IMG/VR virus record: IMGVR_UViG_3300020042_005652
Location: 1-50,933 of that record
Length of the DNA stretch: 50,933 nt
Strand: one strand, 5' to 3'
DNA from: a virus
Taxonomy: Duplodnaviria; Caudoviricetes
This document shows, piece after piece, positions 33,313 to 43,558 of the stretch (positions are counted from its first letter, which is position 1; the number at the start of each line of letters is the position of its first letter). The notes under the pieces are model-generated. The model made no database searches. It worked only from the letters and a program-made list of their open reading frames with translations, and had not been told where the DNA came from. Both the position numbers and the translations under genes were made by a program.

Positions 33313-34391
33313 TATCCTCTAATCGTTTGACCAAGCGTGGAGATATTTGCTTTCCCCGCCGTGATCATCACTTGTTCCACTCCAAACGAGTCATCATTTA
33401 AAGCTACAATATTAAATCCGCTTTGCCAATTACAGTGATTGCCGTAAATTGGATTGAGATCACAAAGACAACCCGATTCAAACCCATACACTTGTTTTTC
33501 AGGGCGACTACCAATCGCTGGAATGCGTCTGGCCGTACTACCCACACGATGGGTATGTCCATGCATAATACTAGCACCCCATTTCTCAATCTCACCCTTG
33601 GCGGAAGCACCGCCAGCATTTCGCACAGTGGTTCCATGAGTCACAATCAATCCATTCAGATCGACATAATCGACATGCTCCACACGATTCTGATATTCTC
33701 CCATAAACACGTTCTGATAACTCAGCTTATCTGTGATATCTGGCAACGATGCAAGTTCCCCCAAACGTTCCGATAGATAGCGTCTCCATCTACCATCAAT
33801 GGATTGTCCACTATGATTAGACACCGTTTCATAAATCTTAGCATTTCCCGAAATGGAGATAAGCTGATCAAGGAATTGATGGTATGCTTTACGCTCATCC
33901 AAAAGACTCCAATGTTTCTTGATATCCTTGGGATATCTAGAGATGGCAAGCATATCCATTGTATCACCATTGAGAATGATAGTGCGCGGTTGAAGCTCTT
34001 CAATGGTAGAAAGAAAGATATTGATTGCGGATTCATCATGACATCCAAAGTGAAAATCAGAACCAACAACCGCATAATCATTTAAAGCAGATTGTTCAAT
34101 CTTACCATATTCCCACGCATCAACTTTGATGGGAGAAAGTTGAGAAAGAAATTCAAACACCTCGTCCTCCGTCTTCTTAAAGCGTTGCGGGCGTTCCCTT
34201 TGAAGATTGGGGGAAACATATCCTTGGTCTTGGGCAGGTGGTATAAATCCCGTGTCATCACTCTCCACTGCATATTTTCGACACCAATCTTGAGCAGTGC
34301 TTTTGGGAACTCCAAACGTGTCGAAGATCATGGGATAACTCCATCCCTTTTCAACCCGTGCTTTTACTACCTGATCTTTAATATTTTCCAT
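33312..34391 (-). CDS. HTH plus metallophosphoesterase
   Basis: N-terminal SYPMIFDTFGVPKSTAQDW; SDFH, NGD..D, SNH, THG, HGHTH. Confidence 0.85.
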   Translation of the reverse strand: MENIKDQVVKARVEKGWSYPMIFDTFGVPKSTAQDWCRKYAVESDDTGFIPPAQDQGYVSPNLQRERPQRFKKTEDEVFEFLSQLSPIKVDAWEYGKIEQSALNDYAVVGSDFHFGCHDESAINIFLSTIEELQPRTIILNGDTMDMLAISRYPKDIKKHWSLLDERKAYHQFLDQLISISGNAKIYETVSNHSGQSIDGRWRRYLSERLGELASLPDITDKLSYQNVFMGEYQNRVEHVDYVDLNGLIVTHGTTVRNAGGASAKGEIEKWGASIMHGHTHRVGSTARRIPAIGSRPEKQVYGFESGCLCDLNPIYGNHCNWQSGFNIVALNDDSFGVEQVMITAGKANISTLGQTIRG

Positions 34392-34411
34392 TAGTTATTT
34401 GTATTGTTTTA

Positions 34412-35374
34412 TTATTTAGTAGAATATTTCTGTTTATAGTGTTCTACAGTCTTTTTCAAAGCTTCGGAATGATCCCACAATTCAAATTGCCTACGGTAAT
34501 TAAGGCTATCCACCGCATACCGGAAATCATGTCCCTTTCTGTCTTCGACGTATTCAATATCAGCTACCTTACCAAGAATTTCAGCAATGTCAACAATCAT
34601 TTCCAAATTTGTCTTGTCCACCTTTGATCCAATATTGTAACGATAACCAGCCCTGCCCCCCTTTGCTATTTCCAAAAGGGATTTATTGTGGTCATCCACA
34701 TGAATCCATTCACGGATATTCTCTCCCGTGCCATAGACAGGAATCTTGTTACCTTGAACCATATTACGAATCACTGTAGGGATGAACTTCTCATCCGCCT
34801 GATGCTTACCGAAATTGTTACAACAATGAGTGGTGATGATGTCCAGTCCATAGGTGGTGACATACGAATTGGCTATTAGATCGGCAGATGCCTTGGATGC
34901 AGCATACGGGCTACGAGGAGCAAACTTACTTTTCTCATTGAAAGGTGCTTCATACTTTTCCAGATGACCAAAGCACTCATCAGTTGAAACCGAACACAAT
35001 CTAGCTTGTGGTTGATGTTGTCTTACCCATTCCAACAGGGATACCATTCCCATCACATTATTCTCAATGAAAGGTGCTGGTCCACTAATACTGCGATCCA
35101 CATGGGATTCCGCTGCAAAATGGAAGATGTAATCGAATTTCAAATCTCCATGTGTTGATACCAAATAATTCATATAACGGATATCACATTTCAAATGTCT
35201 ATATTTATTGTTATGGGATAATAGTGGGTTGAATTCCCTACTACCAACACCCATTTTATCCATATTTACAACAGTGATGTTATTATATTTTTGTAGAATA
35301 TATTCAATAAAATTACTACCTATAAAACCACATCCACCAGTGCAAAGAATCGTTTTGTTTGATAAATTAACCAT
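34412..35374 (-). CDS. rfbB: dTDP-glucose 4,6-dehydratase
   Basis: TGGCGFIGSNF, AAESHVDRSI, STDE, YAASK, DRKGHDFRYA; start reassigned to 35374 (TTGACT-16-TAAAGT upstream). Confidence 0.92.
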   Translation of the reverse strand: MVNLSNKTILCTGGCGFIGSNFIEYILQKYNNITVVNMDKMGVGSREFNPLLSHNNKYRHLKCDIRYMNYLVSTHGDLKFDYIFHFAAESHVDRSISGPAPFIENNVMGMVSLLEWVRQHQPQARLCSVSTDECFGHLEKYEAPFNEKSKFAPRSPYAASKASADLIANSYVTTYGLDIITTHCCNNFGKHQADEKFIPTVIRNMVQGNKIPVYGTGENIREWIHVDDHNKSLLEIAKGGRAGYRYNIGSKVDKTNLEMIVDIAEILGKVADIEYVEDRKGHDFRYAVDSLNYRRQFELWDHSEALKKTVEHYKQKYSTK

Positions 35375-35425
35375 AATCTCCCTTACTTTACCCTTGAATA
35401 TTAGGAAGTCAAGATAAATATCTCC

Positions 35426-35887
35426 ATGGATTATGACGATGATGAAGAATTGGATAATGAAGTGAACGATATTATTTTCCAGATCAAGAACCAATCGAAA
35501 AATATTAAACAAGCTGAGAAAGAAAAGATTCCTTTGGATAAGGAGAATATTTCTGATTTCATTATTCAGAATGCTGCCAATATCGTGGGAACTGGTGTGG
35601 AAATTGTGGAAGAACTAAAACGGGAGATTTTAGCAGGGGCAGATTCCAAGCTGATTGAATCATACTCAGAGCTTATCAAGGCTTGTAATTCAGGTGTTGA
35701 AATTCTATTAAAATTTAAAATAGCGGAAGACAAAAACAAGAATCAGAAGGAAATCGCTCAAATGAATATTGATGCGAAGATTACTAAGAACGAGGATGAT
35801 GAAAACACCCCAAAACTCACGTTCACCAGAAATGATATTCTAAAACTTTTGGAAAAGAAAGAAGAGTCACCGATAGTTGATATTTAG
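35426..35887 (+). CDS. probable terminase small subunit (T4 gp16-like)
   Basis: TAAATA-N5-ATG; helical hairpin and C-terminal LTFTRNDILKLL resembling gp16 architecture. Confidence 0.45.
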   Translation: MDYDDDEELDNEVNDIIFQIKNQSKNIKQAEKEKIPLDKENISDFIIQNAANIVGTGVEIVEELKREILAGADSKLIESYSELIKACNSGVEILLKFKIAEDKNKNQKEIAQMNIDAKITKNEDDENTPKLTFTRNDILKLLEKKEESPIVDI

Positions 35888-36792
35888 ATTCCGAATTGAC
35901 CTTCCACGGTATTCAATAAGTATTCTTTGTTCTTCTCAGGATTCTCCACCTTGAGAATAGTGTCACGGGTGTCATAAACATCCCCATAGATATCCAATTT
36001 GAACAGTTCTTCCTTATCGCCATCAACCACGATCTTATCAATTTCGTAAGCACTGGCAACTGAATCGTTCTTTTCAGAATCAAATGGTGTGTATGATTTA
36101 CGATCTTCAAAAATACGATAATGTTCTTCCCCAATCATCTCTTTCACCTTATCAAATATCTTTTGACGCGCATCCCCTAATTTAACGCGCCAGAACGAAT
36201 CCTTGACCACAAAGCTACCGTTTGACTTAGTTACCCACTTTCCAGTCTTCTCCTCGTTGTAGCGATCTTCTGACTTCTTATCAGCTATCGGGAGTGTGTT
36301 GTCATGAATCACTGCCATTTCCATGGATGAACGGAACATTTGCTCCACCTGATCATTGGAATTTACAATATTGTTCTGAGAGAATTCCGGTGTTTTATTG
36401 TAAACATCCACAGGAACGTCCAGAGGAACAATATCATCAGCGTAGAGTGTGGTGTTGTGGCGAGTGGATTGGTTGTTGCCTACAATGCCTAAAATATCAG
36501 GAATCGTAACAAAATATTTTTTATCTTTTGACAATTCTTGTGTTTGGGCAGCTAGGGGACCATTTAGGAGATGTCTCACATAATAATCAATATCCCATGT
36601 CTCCAAATCCTTCCCTTCCTCATCCAACTTATTGATAAATTTCTCCAACTGCTTCAAACCCAATTCATAAATCTTCTTGAACTCAATCATGAATTCAATA
36701 TCTTTTTCTGTGAATTGATCCAGATTTTGGATTTGTTCCAAATCTTCCTTGGAAAAGCACAGTCCTCTTAAAACTTCAATATTGGATCGCAT
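35884..36792 (-). CDS. hypothetical protein in baseplate cluster
   Basis: 302-aa ORF. Confidence 0.7.
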   Translation of the reverse strand: MRSNIEVLRGLCFSKEDLEQIQNLDQFTEKDIEFMIEFKKIYELGLKQLEKFINKLDEEGKDLETWDIDYYVRHLLNGPLAAQTQELSKDKKYFVTIPDILGIVGNNQSTRHNTTLYADDIVPLDVPVDVYNKTPEFSQNNIVNSNDQVEQMFRSSMEMAVIHDNTLPIADKKSEDRYNEEKTGKWVTKSNGSFVVKDSFWRVKLGDARQKIFDKVKEMIGEEHYRIFEDRKSYTPFDSEKNDSVASAYEIDKIVVDGDKEELFKLDIYGDVYDTRDTILKVENPEKNKEYLLNTVEGQFGI

Positions 36793-36797
36793 ATTTA

Positions 36798-38111
36798 TTA
36801 TTCAGCGTCAGATTTTATCTTTAGATTTGGGCCACCATATGTTTTACAACACAAAAATTCATTCGTGTAACCGTCTCCTAGAAAAATGTGTCTCAATTCA
36901 TGGACAAACCATCTGCCAAGTAGCTTTTCATCGCTCTTCTGCTCGTATTCCCCCACCTTGACAATATCAATAAATTTGCCTCCCTCTCTGTTGGCGGAAC
37001 CAAGATTGGCGAAGACCGCTCTTAAATTATAAAATGTTAATGTATTAATCATTTCAGCTTCCACCATTTTTTCTGAATCCTCTACAGGGTAGGGAGAACG
37101 AAAATGTCGGAATTTCTGCTTGGTGTTATTGTTTTTGACTACGAATGGTTTGGGTTCTCCTCCAATTGCCTTGAATGATTTTACAAATTTTTTCTCCCAT
37201 TCCTTTTCAATATCTTCCAGCTTCTTGATCCTTGTCTTATGAATACCTAGAATTGGATCATATCCATAGATAATTGTATTGATGAAGAAATCATTGTTGA
37301 TCCCATACATGGGAGTGGAATAACCAATGTTCTTTATACCATTATTATACTCACTAACCTCTGCATCAGGAGGAGGGTTGTTATCATTGGACGTATCTCC
37401 CACATCGGCAAAATCAGATAAAGTAAAAGCTTCCATCACGCTGTCCTTGTTCTTCTCAAATATCTTGGAAATCAAACGAAGCTGATATTTACTTTTTTCT
37501 TCATTGAAATGTATAAATCCCTTCACATACATATCCCCATCCTTGGCATAATAATGTTTAAGTAAATAATTCATTAAATCCATGTAACGAAATGTTAGGG
37601 GAGGGTAATATGTCAGAGTAAAATCACCACTCTCCCATTCATCATTATCCACCATTTCTTCTCCAAGCAGTTCCTTGAAAATATCTTTTAAAATATCTCC
37701 CGCTTTACCAGAGAACGATTTACCATATGGTATGGTGTCCATGAATGGGAGGGAATCCTTATGTGTCATGTAAAATTTCTTAATATTTTCGGAACGAACT
37801 TCAGGATTACCGAAATTCTCATCGGAAAATAAAATAAAATCATATTTCAACTTATCTTTCGGTTTTTCCTCTGGAAAAATTTCTATGGAAAATACGTCCC
37901 TACCGTCTCCTCTGATAAGATACTTATCTTCCACCAGATCATAGGGATTGGCAATCGCCACCGATCCATTCAGAAACGGATTAAAGAAATTGTCCGTGAT
38001 TGTCAACCCCCGCAGGGCAGATTTGGTGAATTTAACTTCCTGCTCATCTGGATTTTTAAGTTTGAATTCACACTCGTAGATGATATCGTTAATTTTGTAT
38101 TTATCACCCAT
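36798..38111 (-). CDS. baseplate hub protein (gp27/GpD-like)
   Basis: ITDNFFNPFLNGSV; C-terminal GRWFVHELRHIF; position next to gp53. Confidence 0.55.
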   Translation of the reverse strand: MGDKYKINDIIYECEFKLKNPDEQEVKFTKSALRGLTITDNFFNPFLNGSVAIANPYDLVEDKYLIRGDGRDVFSIEIFPEEKPKDKLKYDFILFSDENFGNPEVRSENIKKFYMTHKDSLPFMDTIPYGKSFSGKAGDILKDIFKELLGEEMVDNDEWESGDFTLTYYPPLTFRYMDLMNYLLKHYYAKDGDMYVKGFIHFNEEKSKYQLRLISKIFEKNKDSVMEAFTLSDFADVGDTSNDNNPPPDAEVSEYNNGIKNIGYSTPMYGINNDFFINTIIYGYDPILGIHKTRIKKLEDIEKEWEKKFVKSFKAIGGEPKPFVVKNNNTKQKFRHFRSPYPVEDSEKMVEAEMINTLTFYNLRAVFANLGSANREGGKFIDIVKVGEYEQKSDEKLLGRWFVHELRHIFLGDGYTNEFLCCKTYGGPNLKIKSDAE

Positions 38112-38512
38112 CAGAAATGTCTTCCTCCAAAGATTGTGTTTTGTGTGATGTCTAAGTAAAGTAGAGTTCTCAATTCAGTCTTGAGAACTTTCAACTGCGT
38201 CCCTCCTTCCACCCAGAATGGAACTCCTGTGAATTTATCCTTGTTGAGAAGATATATAATCCACCAAGAGCGAATATCCCCATAAATATCGAAGGACACT
38301 GTGGTTAGGGGTTGTCGAATCTGGACATCGTGGAACTCGATCACAGATGAATCTAATTCTGGTATCTCAATCTTCTTGAGAATATTATAATACGGAAATT
38401 CCTTTCCATTTATGGAATCATAATAGACCTTAAATATCCTTTCATAGCTTTTGATGTCCAAAGTTAATAAGGAGGGAATTTGATTCTGATATTTTCCAAT
38501 TTGGTCGCTCAT
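38111..38512 (-). CDS. baseplate wedge gp53-like (LysM-like)
   Basis: LTTVSFDIYGD..SWWII.LLN...G..LKV. Confidence 0.75.
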   Translation of the reverse strand: MSDQIGKYQNQIPSLLTLDIKSYERIFKVYYDSINGKEFPYYNILKKIEIPELDSSVIEFHDVQIRQPLTTVSFDIYGDIRSWWIIYLLNKDKFTGVPFWVEGGTQLKVLKTELRTLLYLDITQNTIFGGRHF

Positions 38513-38515
38513 ATT

Positions 38516-39292
38516 TTATTCTCCTTGAACCTTTTCCATAAAGTTCGATACTTCCGTTGTAAGGGATGTAAATGTCATATTTATAAGATACCCTTCCGGG
38601 ATAATCTCTGATCCATACATCTGCTTTGCTCCCAACAATTGCACTGAAAAACTACTACAATATGCCCATTTTATAAATCTTATACCCGGCAATTTAACTT
38701 CATAAATGCGTGGTGGTTCCATTATAATAGAATTTTTTCTTAAAGGGCGATTAATACTTGTTAAAAGATTAACAAGTTTAGCATTTTTTCCGTCATCAAA
38801 ATTTACCGTGTTTGATAATACGAATGAAACATCCAATCCACTATCGTTTTGTGAATATTCATATAATTTTGGGGTTTCTATGTAAGAACCCGGATTTGAT
38901 TCAGTTTCACCTTTCAGAGTTGCAATTGCACCACTAACTACTTCTCTTGCAGCCCCACTAAATTTTGCGGCTGCGTTTAAAGCCGAATCTACACTACCCA
39001 AAAATGCAGATTGAAAGGTATCACCATATTCATTGCTAAATTGTCTCACGCTATCACCTAAATATGGGAATACAAATGGGTCTTCTTTTACAACATCTTT
39101 ATATAGATTATCATAAAAAGCATCAGCATCTGTTGCTACTAGAGCTTCAGTATAACTAGTAATTCGATTTAATGATGTACTTGAGTTTATTTTAAATGGG
39201 GTGACTCTAACTCTGGGGGCATTTTTCCTTAATACGCTACCTTTTGGGATGCTAGTCCAATCATAATCCATAACTATATTTCTAGAAGCCAC
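38516..39292 (-). CDS. baseplate tail-tube cap gp48-like
   Basis: PP.IYEV..PG, CSSFSV, P.GY.INMTFTSL; late promoter. Confidence 0.55.
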   Translation of the reverse strand: MASRNIVMDYDWTSIPKGSVLRKNAPRVRVTPFKINSSTSLNRITSYTEALVATDADAFYDNLYKDVVKEDPFVFPYLGDSVRQFSNEYGDTFQSAFLGSVDSALNAAAKFSGAAREVVSGAIATLKGETESNPGSYIETPKLYEYSQNDSGLDVSFVLSNTVNFDDGKNAKLVNLLTSINRPLRKNSIIMEPPRIYEVKLPGIRFIKWAYCSSFSVQLLGAKQMYGSEIIPEGYLINMTFTSLTTEVSNFMEKVQGE

Positions 39293-39300
39293 AATATTAT

Positions 39301-41667
39301 TTAAGCGAGTGAATACGCGGATGCCCCATAATCGCTACGATTAGAATTCATTGGTATGGTAGATGAATTTTGACTAGGGGGAGATTGAGAAATGGGAACA
39401 ACGGTGTTACTGTTTCTTCCCCCCATACTGGAATCCATTTTTTTCAGAATTTGTGTAGCAATTCCCTTAATATCGTCCATGATCTTGATCTGTTTCATAC
39501 CGATATTGTGTAGGAATTCTAAAGATTGTTGATTACCAGATTGCACAATGGGTAATCCACTTGGACTTGGTGTATCAGATACTTCTGGTTTAGATGGTTT
39601 AACAGCTTTGATAGCATCTGATACAATAGTATTTGGTGTATCAGATACTTCTGGTTTAGATGGTTTAACAGCTTTGATAGCATCTGATACAATAGTATTT
39701 TCATTTCTACCCCAATTTGATTTCTTATATTCTTCAACAGAATTCCACCCATAATCTTTGGCTCTTCTCTCCAATTCTTCGGAATTTTCTTTATCTGAAT
39801 CACCAAACGGCCAAAGATTTTTTAACCATCCCGTTACCTTACCAAAAAAATTATTTATTGTTTTTTTGGCAGTATCAATCGCGGGTTGGATGGCGTCTGT
39901 CAGGGGTTTGAAAAAATTACCAACAGAATTAGTAAGACCACTGTAAGCATCTTTCGCATAATTAAATCCTTTGGATAAGGTGCCTGTTACCGTTCCCCAA
40001 AGATTTGAAGCTGCTCCCTTCACCGTATTAGTAAGACCACTGTAAGCATCTTTCGCATAATTAAATCCTTTGGATAAGGTGCCTGTTACCGTTCCCCAAA
40101 GATTTGAAGCTGCTCCCTTCACCGTATTAGTAAGACTGTTATAAGCATCTTTCGCATAATTAAATCCTTTGGATAAGGTGCCTGTTACCTTTCCCAATAC
40201 TATTGAAGCACCTCGGTAAACCTTTCCCGCATAATCCGTTACATCACCCCATATTTTATTTGCGTATTCCTTCAGCTTTTTTAAACCGTCTCCCATGTTC
40301 CCCGAAATCCCCCCACCCGTGGTTTCATCACTATCATCCAGAATACCAAACCATTCTAAAGGCTTTCTAAGAAAATATGGTAAGTCCTTCAACTTATTCT
40401 TGATCCATCCTTTCAAACCGGAAAACCATCCTGTTTTTGGAGAGAGGGATTTATCAGATTCCTCTTTTTCTCCAAATCCCAACAGCATTTCAATACCAGT
40501 GACAATTGGACTAAGACCCACAAATGATAATAAACCTACACCGAATTGGTAAAGTCCTCCCATTATATTCCCACTTGCAAAAGCTTCCCCAGCCATTTGC
40601 ATTCTCTTAAATCCACCTATAACTGGTAACCAGAGAGCATTTTTCCATATAAAGTTACCAATTCCTTTTGCCATATCTCCCAATAAGTTTATCTTGGCTC
40701 CCTGTTGCTTGCCCGTGGCACCGCCCGTCTTAGCATCCAAAAATGCATTAAGCAAATCCAATCCTAAACCTATTGCGAATGCTACTGGCGCACCTACTCC
40801 AGTTAAATACAATAATCCTGAGAGTGCTGATAAAACATCAATCACACCACCTATAATATCTCCACTACCAAAACGAGAAATTGCAAATCCGATTGAAATT
40901 ATACTACCAAGCAGGGGAATTCTTTTAAGAACTCCGACCAAAGGTTTTAAAAATTTCAACATTTTAGCCATTATACCACCACCTTTTGCCATGCCCCCAA
41001 GAGCCTTGAAGGGCGCACCCACCATTCCTTTCAGTGAATTTATAAATCCTGTCATACCACTTGTGATCATTTTAATGATATCATCAATAGGTAATATCCT
41101 TTTAATTAAATTACCTATGAAATTTTTTGGTATTAACTTTTCAAACAATTTACCTATCAACTTATCAGGCATCAGCCCCCGTGCTAATTTGATTATTAAT
41201 TTAATTTGCCTCTCAACCATACCCAATCCTAATCTAGCAAGTATTTTCAAAGCACCCTTAAATGGACCATCTGTCATCAATCCTGCAATCAACGCACCGA
41301 TACCCACCACTAATGGTGAAAGAATTTTCAACCAAGACCAAGAAGATTTTTCATCAACTTTATCCTCCCCCTTTTGTATTTTCTCCCCCGTTTTTCCCGT
41401 GACTTTCTGAATGGAAGTCTTGATCGCACTGTCAGGTGTTTTTTTCTTTTGATATTCAAAAAATGTTCGCGCAAATAGAGAAGCGATTTCAGTGGTTCTA
41501 GTGCGCTCACTTGAATTGAGTCTAGGATTCACCCTTTTATTGGGATCGGAGGGATTATTACCCTGTAATACGTTCTTGTCCTCTATGGATTGCCCCTGTG
41601 GAACGCCAACGGTTTCGTTGATCGTTTTTAGCAATCCCAAGAGTTCTTCTAATAAAGCGGCATTCAC
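39301..41667 (-). CDS. tape-measure-like protein (gp29-like)
   Basis: 788 aa Gly/Ala/Leu amphipathic, TM-like stretches, 33-aa repeats; TAAATA-N5-GTG. Confidence 0.65.
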   Translation of the reverse strand: MNAALLEELLGLLKTINETVGVPQGQSIEDKNVLQGNNPSDPNKRVNPRLNSSERTRTTEIASLFARTFFEYQKKKTPDSAIKTSIQKVTGKTGEKIQKGEDKVDEKSSWSWLKILSPLVVGIGALIAGLMTDGPFKGALKILARLGLGMVERQIKLIIKLARGLMPDKLIGKLFEKLIPKNFIGNLIKRILPIDDIIKMITSGMTGFINSLKGMVGAPFKALGGMAKGGGIMAKMLKFLKPLVGVLKRIPLLGSIISIGFAISRFGSGDIIGGVIDVLSALSGLLYLTGVGAPVAFAIGLGLDLLNAFLDAKTGGATGKQQGAKINLLGDMAKGIGNFIWKNALWLPVIGGFKRMQMAGEAFASGNIMGGLYQFGVGLLSFVGLSPIVTGIEMLLGFGEKEESDKSLSPKTGWFSGLKGWIKNKLKDLPYFLRKPLEWFGILDDSDETTGGGISGNMGDGLKKLKEYANKIWGDVTDYAGKVYRGASIVLGKVTGTLSKGFNYAKDAYNSLTNTVKGAASNLWGTVTGTLSKGFNYAKDAYSGLTNTVKGAASNLWGTVTGTLSKGFNYAKDAYSGLTNSVGNFFKPLTDAIQPAIDTAKKTINNFFGKVTGWLKNLWPFGDSDKENSEELERRAKDYGWNSVEEYKKSNWGRNENTIVSDAIKAVKPSKPEVSDTPNTIVSDAIKAVKPSKPEVSDTPSPSGLPIVQSGNQQSLEFLHNIGMKQIKIMDDIKGIATQILKKMDSSMGGRNSNTVVPISQSPPSQNSSTIPMNSNRSDYGASAYSLA
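39567..39699. repeat. 66-bp tandem duplication (22 aa)
   Basis: NTIVSDAIKAVKPSKPEVSDTP x2. Confidence 0.9.
39928..40189. repeat. 99-bp tandem repeat, about 2.6 copies (33 aa)
   Basis: units start 39928, 40027, 40126. Confidence 0.9.
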
Positions 41668-41694
41668 TTTATTATTTAATCAAAGATTCAGAAA

Positions 41695-42429
41695 TCAATT
41701 ATCAAAGAAAGACACATCAATATCAAAGGCTTTTTCTTCCCCATTGATCGTAACTTTCAGATGGGATTGTTCATCCTCCTTGAAAACCTCAATATACTTG
41801 ATGATTTCCTTATTGATTGATAGAGGCAGATTTTCCACAATTTTCACACGATCCTTCACGGGAGTATCGACAAATACAATCTCATTCTCCCCGAATTTAA
41901 CGGATTTGATAAATTTAACAATCTCAAAAGTGTAGATATTGCCGATGTTCTTACCCACATCCTTATCCCCATCCTTTTTGAGAATTTCAATGGCATAATT
42001 GATAACCTTATTCTCTTCCTTGAGAGTGGGGGTAGCCAGAACCACATCTACAATACCATTGATCGTCTTTTCCTTGGGGGATTTGATCTTACGGGTGCTT
42101 TGGATATTGCTTTCAATACTACCCACTTCTCCATCCAGCTTGAGATCATTACCAAGACTTTCTCCCCGAATCTTGAGAATCAGGGGTAATTTATCCTCAA
42201 CTTTAAGATTATCTGATTCCGTATTCTCAATAAGGATATCATTAAGGATTTTCTGGAACTTGAGAACCCCCACTGTTCCATCCGCTACGGTTGCGATGAT
42301 GTCTTTCTGTTGCTTGAAAGTGAGGGGAGAGCAATCCACTTCTTTTTTATTTGAAGCTTGATATGCCTTAAATTTGTTTGCCTTGAGTTCCTGAATGCTG
42401 TCAAGGAATTGTTGAACGTTATTTTCCAT
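41695..42429 (-). CDS. baseplate hub assembly protein (gp26-like)
   Basis: PLTFKQQKDI, LILKIRGESLGN, VENLP, C-terminal SFF. Confidence 0.65.
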   Translation of the reverse strand: MENNVQQFLDSIQELKANKFKAYQASNKKEVDCSPLTFKQQKDIIATVADGTVGVLKFQKILNDILIENTESDNLKVEDKLPLILKIRGESLGNDLKLDGEVGSIESNIQSTRKIKSPKEKTINGIVDVVLATPTLKEENKVINYAIEILKKDGDKDVGKNIGNIYTFEIVKFIKSVKFGENEIVFVDTPVKDRVKIVENLPLSINKEIIKYIEVFKEDEQSHLKVTINGEEKAFDIDVSFFDN

Positions 42430-42611
42430 ATGTGTTTATTTAAGTGGGTGAATCTGATTTGTCAAGAACGCTGGATGGAATGGAAAGAGTGATGTTGAAG
42501 AGACGGAACCTTATAAGGAATGGATTTCCAGACGCAATTTGATGATGAGTATAGGTTTGGGTATGATATTGCTTGGGACTATTTCACAAATGTATTATGT
42601 GTGGTGGAATT

Positions 42612-42827
42612 TCACTGATAGGACAACCAAATCAAATAACCACCAACCCCCACCCAAATCCCAACAGTAACCAATCTCAATATTTGACCAGTCCACCCAA
42701 GACTACCATTCCTCACATAATCCAACCAAGAATAAGAAGCACAACAAGCCGCATCATCCAACCCGCCTTCAGCTTCTTTCTTGAATTCGGAGTTTGAGAT
42801 GGGCGGGTGGATGTGCTTTACGTTCAT
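42612..42827 (-). CDS. small membrane protein whose 5' end reads through the attC-like site
   Basis: TTGACA-16-TAAATT upstream; C-terminal TM helix. Confidence 0.5.
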   Translation of the reverse strand: MNVKHIHPPISNSEFKKEAEGGLDDAACCASYSWLDYVRNGSLGWTGQILRLVTVGIWVGVGGYLIWLSYQ

Positions 42828-42828
42828 A
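42739..42828 (+). mobile_element. integron attC-like recombination site (90 bp)
   Basis: GCACAAC-5nt-GCATCATC...GATGTGC-5nt-GTTCATA with paired arms and two extrahelical bases. Confidence 0.7.
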
Positions 42829-42859
42829 ATAAAAGAATTTAACATTAATCATATCGATG

Positions 42860-43558
42860 TCAACCCAATTCTGATTTTTTTTCAGAAGTGTTTTCGGTAT
42901 TGAGCTTGTCCACATAATAATCAATGTCTCGCATGGTGGAATTTAGGAGGATATTGCCGTCTATCTTGGACGACAAGTGGTAAATGATGTCACGGTAGTA
43001 ATCTTCCCCATATGGGTGACAAAGACCCTTTAAAAGATTGAATGGAGCATTTCCCATGAAATTAATATTTATGTTTTTCAGGGATGAGTTGATAAAAAAA
43101 ATTGTTTTGGATTTGTTTTTAAGAATAGCATTAATCAGTGTATTATAGGTAGATGCTGGAAGCTGTTCAATCAGGGAAGCCTTGTCCCCCACATTGACGA
43201 AATCTAGAACGGACTCCCCATACTTCACCTTTCGTATCGTCTCTGATATGGAGAAAATGTCATAATCTTTTTTAAACAGGGGGGGAACATCCAATTCAAA
43301 TTCCAAATTATCGGTTTTAATAATCAGTGGTTCCTTATCCCAATTCTCAAACTCTTTTATGAAATATGAAAGGGATACCTTCACATTTTTCTCTTTCACG
43401 TTGAATCCCATTTCATAGGAAACATCACGCTCCCAGCATGTTAATACACTTAGCAACTTTTCATATATATTATCTCCCGAAAATTGATTAAGATAATCGA
43501 TCAGGTAATCATCCCCATTTTCGGAGATTTCTTTGAGGTCTTTGAATTTTATTTTCAT
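42860..43558 (-). CDS. baseplate assembly protein (gp26/gp51-like)
   Basis: LIEQLPAS; C-terminal YYRDIIYHL...TMRDIDYYV gp51-like. Confidence 0.55.
   Translation of the reverse strand: MKIKFKDLKEISENGDDYLIDYLNQFSGDNIYEKLLSVLTCWERDVSYEMGFNVKEKNVKVSLSYFIKEFENWDKEPLIIKTDNLEFELDVPPLFKKDYDIFSISETIRKVKYGESVLDFVNVGDKASLIEQLPASTYNTLINAILKNKSKTIFFINSSLKNININFMGNAPFNLLKGLCHPYGEDYYRDIIYHLSSKIDGNILLNSTMRDIDYYVDKLNTENTSEKKSELG

Noticed and set aside
34412-35374. rfbB as a novel auxiliary gene
   Set aside because: Nucleotide-sugar enzymes are common in large aquatic T4-like phages.
42458-42670. Plus-strand open frame as the cassette gene of the attC
   Set aside because: No early start codon; a 32-aa plus ORF (42520-42618) and the minus ORF explain the region equally well, so left uncalled.
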